64,000 nt of DNA from Takakia lepidozioides (lineage: Eukaryota > Plantae > Bryophyta), in NCBI GenBank assembly GCA_030704615.1, contig CM060734.1, forward strand, positions 34,162,001 to 34,226,000, in the 5' to 3' direction. The notes beneath the pieces were generated by a model that was not told where the DNA came from, searched no databases, and was given only the letters and a program-made list of their open reading frames with translations. The translations under genes and the position numbers were made by a program. This document shows positions 60,010-64,000 of this stretch, piece by piece. Every line of letters starts with the position of its first letter. Position 1 is the stretch's first letter.

Positions 60010-62880
60010 TTGAGTGTCAACACGGAGGTGCCACTAGTTGCTGGGGACAGTGCCGGTTCGAGCACTAGCGATACTAGTGGGTACACGAGACGAGGTGTGC
60101 GGTTTAGGCCACCTTCACCTCCTGTGTCTTCTACGGAAGGTTCTGATTCGGATTGTGAATCAGGAGGACTCATACCGGCGGTGCAAGTTGTTTCTTTGCC
60201 ATTGTTGTGGGACACAATGGAGGAGATGTATGGAGCTACCAAGGGGCCACGAAGGTACTCTGGGGCGGTGGGCACCATCGAGTTGGATGATTTTATCCAA
60301 GAGTTTGATAGTTGGTGTGATTTGCAGCAAATGCGCAATCCACAACTATTTACGCCTTTCATGGCATGGAAGGGCTGTTTCAGCACCTTGAGGGGCCGCC
60401 TATGGATGATTACCATGAGTTCAGGCGGGGGCATGAGGTTGAGATCGAGGAGTGGAGGATGTACTGGTCACCCGACTATGTCTCCATCACTAGGGGCACT
60501 AGAGCCACGAGGGCAGTGGCTACACCTGCCGCTGCACCGGCAGCTTCAGCAAGCAGCAGTGGGACTGGTGGTACAGTAGCTACGACGTCCACCCAAGCCA
60601 CTACCGCACCAGCACTAGCACCCGTGCCTGCCTTCAACCCTGTTGTGGAGTTCTTCGAAGAGTTGAGAGGGAACTACCAAGGGGTGAGGACAGAGAAGTT
60701 GCGGAGCTTGCAAGAGTTCCAACGGAAAGCCGACCGAGAGCTTGAGGGAGGCTTTCACTCGCATGAGGCGCTTGATAAATGTAACCCAAGGGGTTACGGA
60801 AGCTCAGGCAGTCCAATTCTGGTATGGGATATTGGACAAGGAGCTGAGGAGAAGGGTGCGGGATGCAACTCTCCTACAAGCGGCCCAACCCACCTTAGCA
60901 AATGTGTTTTTGCTGGCAGAGCGGATAGAGCTCAACATGGTGGAGGAACGAGTGGTCATGGTGGGATTTGCTAAGGAGACACCACGGGGTAGTGGTGCTC
61001 CTAGCCAACCACTACCTCAACGTGCTCAAGGCAACAAGGGGGCTCAGGTGAAGCTCAGGGAAGGGCAGAGAGGACCTCAGATGCAGGGGTCTCTCCCTTC
61101 ATTTGCTGGCCAACAACGGGCGGATGTGGTGTGCTGGACATGTGGAGGACCCCATGTCAAGAAGGATTGCCCAGAGGGAGGCAAAGGGCCGGCACATGCA
61201 CAGCCTGCACAGTTGCAGTGTGGGCATTGGCAAGCAACACGGGCATGGAGGCCCAGTGTTATGGTTTGCATCCTGAGTTGCGCCCAGGCCAGTTCCAAGG
61301 GAACAATGGTGGCCGGGGCGAGGTGGAGCAGCCCAGAGAGGACGAGGTGGCCAGCCACGAGGCAGGCCAAGGGCAAGCTCAACGTGGCCAAGGACGCGGA
61401 GGTCAGGGTGTTGACCAAGGCATGGCCAACCGGCTTCAGCAGCTAGAGCAGAGGCTCGCTGCCATGGCTACAGCTCAGGTGGTACCGGCTCTAAGGCCGG
61501 ATGGTCCACCTCCTGCTCCTGAGGGAGGAGATATGGGAGGCATGGGATTCATGTGTGGAGCAGCACTACCACTAGTGCAGGTGGAGTCTGCTGCAGCCGT
61601 GACTCGAGGAGCAGCACGAGTTCCTGAGCCACGAGGTGCAGAGGTGGAGTTGGATCCACAGCGTGGGGAGGCAAGCCGTCAGGCTAGGCTTCCTCAGTCA
61701 TTCACATTGGCGGAGACAGTGTCGACGCCATCCATGGCACCTAGTTCTCGCCCGACTGTTACCGAGGCGGAGGTACTATGCCATTGGGGAGAGCTACGGG
61801 TAGCACCACTACCTAGTGTTGCCAAGGCTACGGCAGCTAGTGTGCTGCTAGGAGCGGCCACATCTGTGTGCCAGGCTCCATTGTTCTCGGCTACCATGAT
61901 TGCGACGCCGGGGGTAAGACCAGCTGAGGTGTTCAGGCTGGCAGCTACACTCTGTGAGAGGGGAGGTTACTTCATCTTCTGCGGAGATAGTGGGAGGTGT
62001 AGTGCCGGAGGGATCCTCGGATTTGAGGGTCAAGACTGCCACGGCGGCGCCATGGCAAGCTGCAGCTGCCAGGTTGATGGAGCTGCCAGCTAGGCCAGCC
62101 ATTGAGCGCGCCATGGTGACCTGGAGTTGTCATGTTAGACAACCAGGATGGCATTTTCTGTTTGAGTGGACCGGCAGGCAAGAGGTACCGGCCACTGCGG
62201 TCTTGTTGGACTCGGGAGCTCAGCCACTGATGCTGGGCAGAGCTGCTATTGCAGGCTTGGGCCTCACGGAGGCGGATATGGAGCCTTGTCCTTTCCAGAT
62301 ACAGACGTCTCTGGGAGGATCGGAGCAGGCTCGGGGCATGACACGGCGTGAGTTGGCTATCAGACTACGGCCGGATCACCCTACAGATGGCTCAGTGATG
62401 CGAGCCAAGGCCATTGTGACAGACGCAGTCTCATACGATGTCCTGGTTGGTGGGGCAGTGTTGTACCCCATGGGCTTCACCCTGGATTTTTGGGAGGAGT
62501 CAGCTTCCTATAGGCCTGCATGGCAGTCAGGGGAGGGCCGGCGTGTGCAGCTCCCTGTGACGTTCATAGGAGGAGTTGCGGTTGCCCAGCGAGGCAAGAT
62601 GCCGACACTAGCAGCATTCACAGCGGCAGTGAGTTGGCCTAGAGAGTTGCTTGAGGGCAATGCTCATTCAGAGGATGTACCACCTCGGGAGAGCAGGATG
62701 ACATGTATGGTATGGCGGAGTTGCCTACCATGGTTGCTCAGACTCCATTGTGGGGCACGAGCAAGGATTTGCAGCGGGATGCTGATCGACGGGTGCAACA
62801 AGCCTGGGTGGAGGCTTTTGTACCGTCAGGAGAGGAGGAGAGTGTGGGATTGCACCAGGACCACCTCAATTGTCTCCATT
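60010..62880 (+). pseudogene. D3 gag-protease (several 1-nt frameshifts)
   Basis: MEEMYGATKGPRRYSG (ATG at 60217), CWTCGGPHVKKDC and VLLDSGAQPLM, spread over ORFs 60010, 60366, 60742, 61131 and 61954. Confidence 0.88.
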
Positions 62881-62910
62881 GGACACCCACCTATTGTGTG
62901 GCAGTATCCG

Positions 62911-63870
62911 GATGAAGGCATTTGTCTTCTGGACTTGTTTGGCGGGATCAGCACCGGATTGGCTGCTGTGTTACAGGCAGGTGTACGAGTTCGGCGTTAC
63001 CTGTATGTGGAGAGGGATGAGACTGCACGACGCGTTTCACTTCGCCATGTTGCTCAGTTGGTGCAGCGGTACCCTGTTGTTGTCGGTGTCTGCAATTCGT
63101 GGATATCAGCAGGCCTTGCCAGCAGACATTTCGTTGCTGGGGGCGCAGGATTTGGAGCGGGTTGGCTCCATTGATCTGGTAGTGGCAGGTTGGCCCTGCC
63201 AAGGGCATTCATCAGCCGGGCATGGCAATGGATTGCGAGACTCGAGGTCGGGTCTGTTTTGGGAGATGGTGCGGGTTTTGCGCCACTTGCAGCTTCATCA
63301 AGCTGTATCTCCAGCATACATCTTGGAGAATGTGCCACTGATGGGCGATTCTCGGGCCAGGGTGATGGCCAGTGTGCATCAAGTCCGGTCGTGGCTTGGG
63401 TCAGCAGTGTTGCTAGATGCAGCTACAGTGGGGTCACGGGCTCATCGTCCACGGCTATGGTGGACTAACTTGATGCCACCCGCACTGCTCAAGCGTGCAT
63501 TTGATGGGGGGGTGCAGCGGCCAGCACATCTCACAGTGGATAACATTCTGGACACAGGGAGGCAGTCTCAACGTGTGAGACACGATGACCGTTCGCCTTT
63601 GGCAGTGGTCAACAAGGTGGGTCAACCACGAGCAGCATTACCTACACTGCTCAGCTTCCCAGGATCGCATGCTTTCCGGGATAGTGGACCTGGCCTCCTG
63701 TGGGATGCTCAGTTGCAGCAGTTAGTGGAGCCTAATGCTGACGAGCGTGAGCGGGCAATGGGTTTTACCACTGGTACCACGGCGGTGTCGTCTCTTTCTG
63801 AGGCATCACGTCGTCAAGTGTTGGGGCAAGCAATGGATCTCAATTGCTTGACCTGGATTATCAGCTTGGC
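62911..63870 (+). CDS. D3 C5-cytosine DNA methyltransferase domain (one frameshift at ~63075)
   Basis: LDLFGGISTG, YVERD, AGWPCQGHS, ILENVP, AHRPRLWWTN, ERERAMGF and RRQVLGQAMD. Confidence 0.92.
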
Positions 63871-64000
63871 TCTGGCTGAGCAACGCAGAGTGCGGAATAC
63901 TTCCCTCAATGGTCTCTCTGCCTACCGACGGTACAGGCAGTGAGTGGGGGCGAGCATATGAGGACCACGGGGTGCATGCATCCATGGCACACGTGGGAGG

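Larger units (their letters stand above)
56920..64000 (+). mobile_element. Element D3: second long DNMT-Gypsy copy (repeat A 56920-57241, self-complementary PBS 57242-57257, leader, gag, PR, DNMT); runs off the window
   Basis: Begins TGTCAGTTATTTACCACTAGT after CATG with no B upstream. PBS ACTCGAGAAAGATGAGC is the reverse complement of 57064-57080. gag/PR/DNMT are closely similar to D1. Confidence 0.93.

Overview
Eukaryotic, repeat-rich plant genomic DNA, most likely from a non-seed land plant (inferred from a spliced group-IIc WRKY gene, a spliced plant HNH-endonuclease gene, a captured NDA-type NAD(P)H dehydrogenase fragment and the TE repertoire). Three host genes (3' end of an unidentified gene at <1-751, HNH at 6024-8787, WRKY at ~33123-36481) sit among LINE, Helitron, MITE-like and nested Ty3/Gypsy elements. 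The standout is a Ty3/Gypsy family present as four copies or fragments: D1 15823-27154 (+, near full length, 4-bp TSD GCGG), D2 39022-~49525 (-, disrupted), D3 56920->64000 (+) and D4 49526-49757. It combines five unusual features. (1) It carries a complete C5-cytosine DNA methyltransferase domain between protease and RT. (2) It has a PHD finger rather than a chromodomain at the integrase C-terminus. (3) Its terminal repeats are split (A...internal...PPT-B-A-B), with a palindromic GACA-GC-TGTC B/A junction, even though it encodes a DDE integrase; this pattern would result from a 2-LTR circle integrating through an internal att site. (4) It lacks a tRNA PBS and instead has a PBS complementary to a hairpin loop in its own repeat, suggesting self-priming. 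(5) A possible UAG-CAR-YYA read-through stop lies between DNMT and RT. All coordinates were read by eye; no searches were run.
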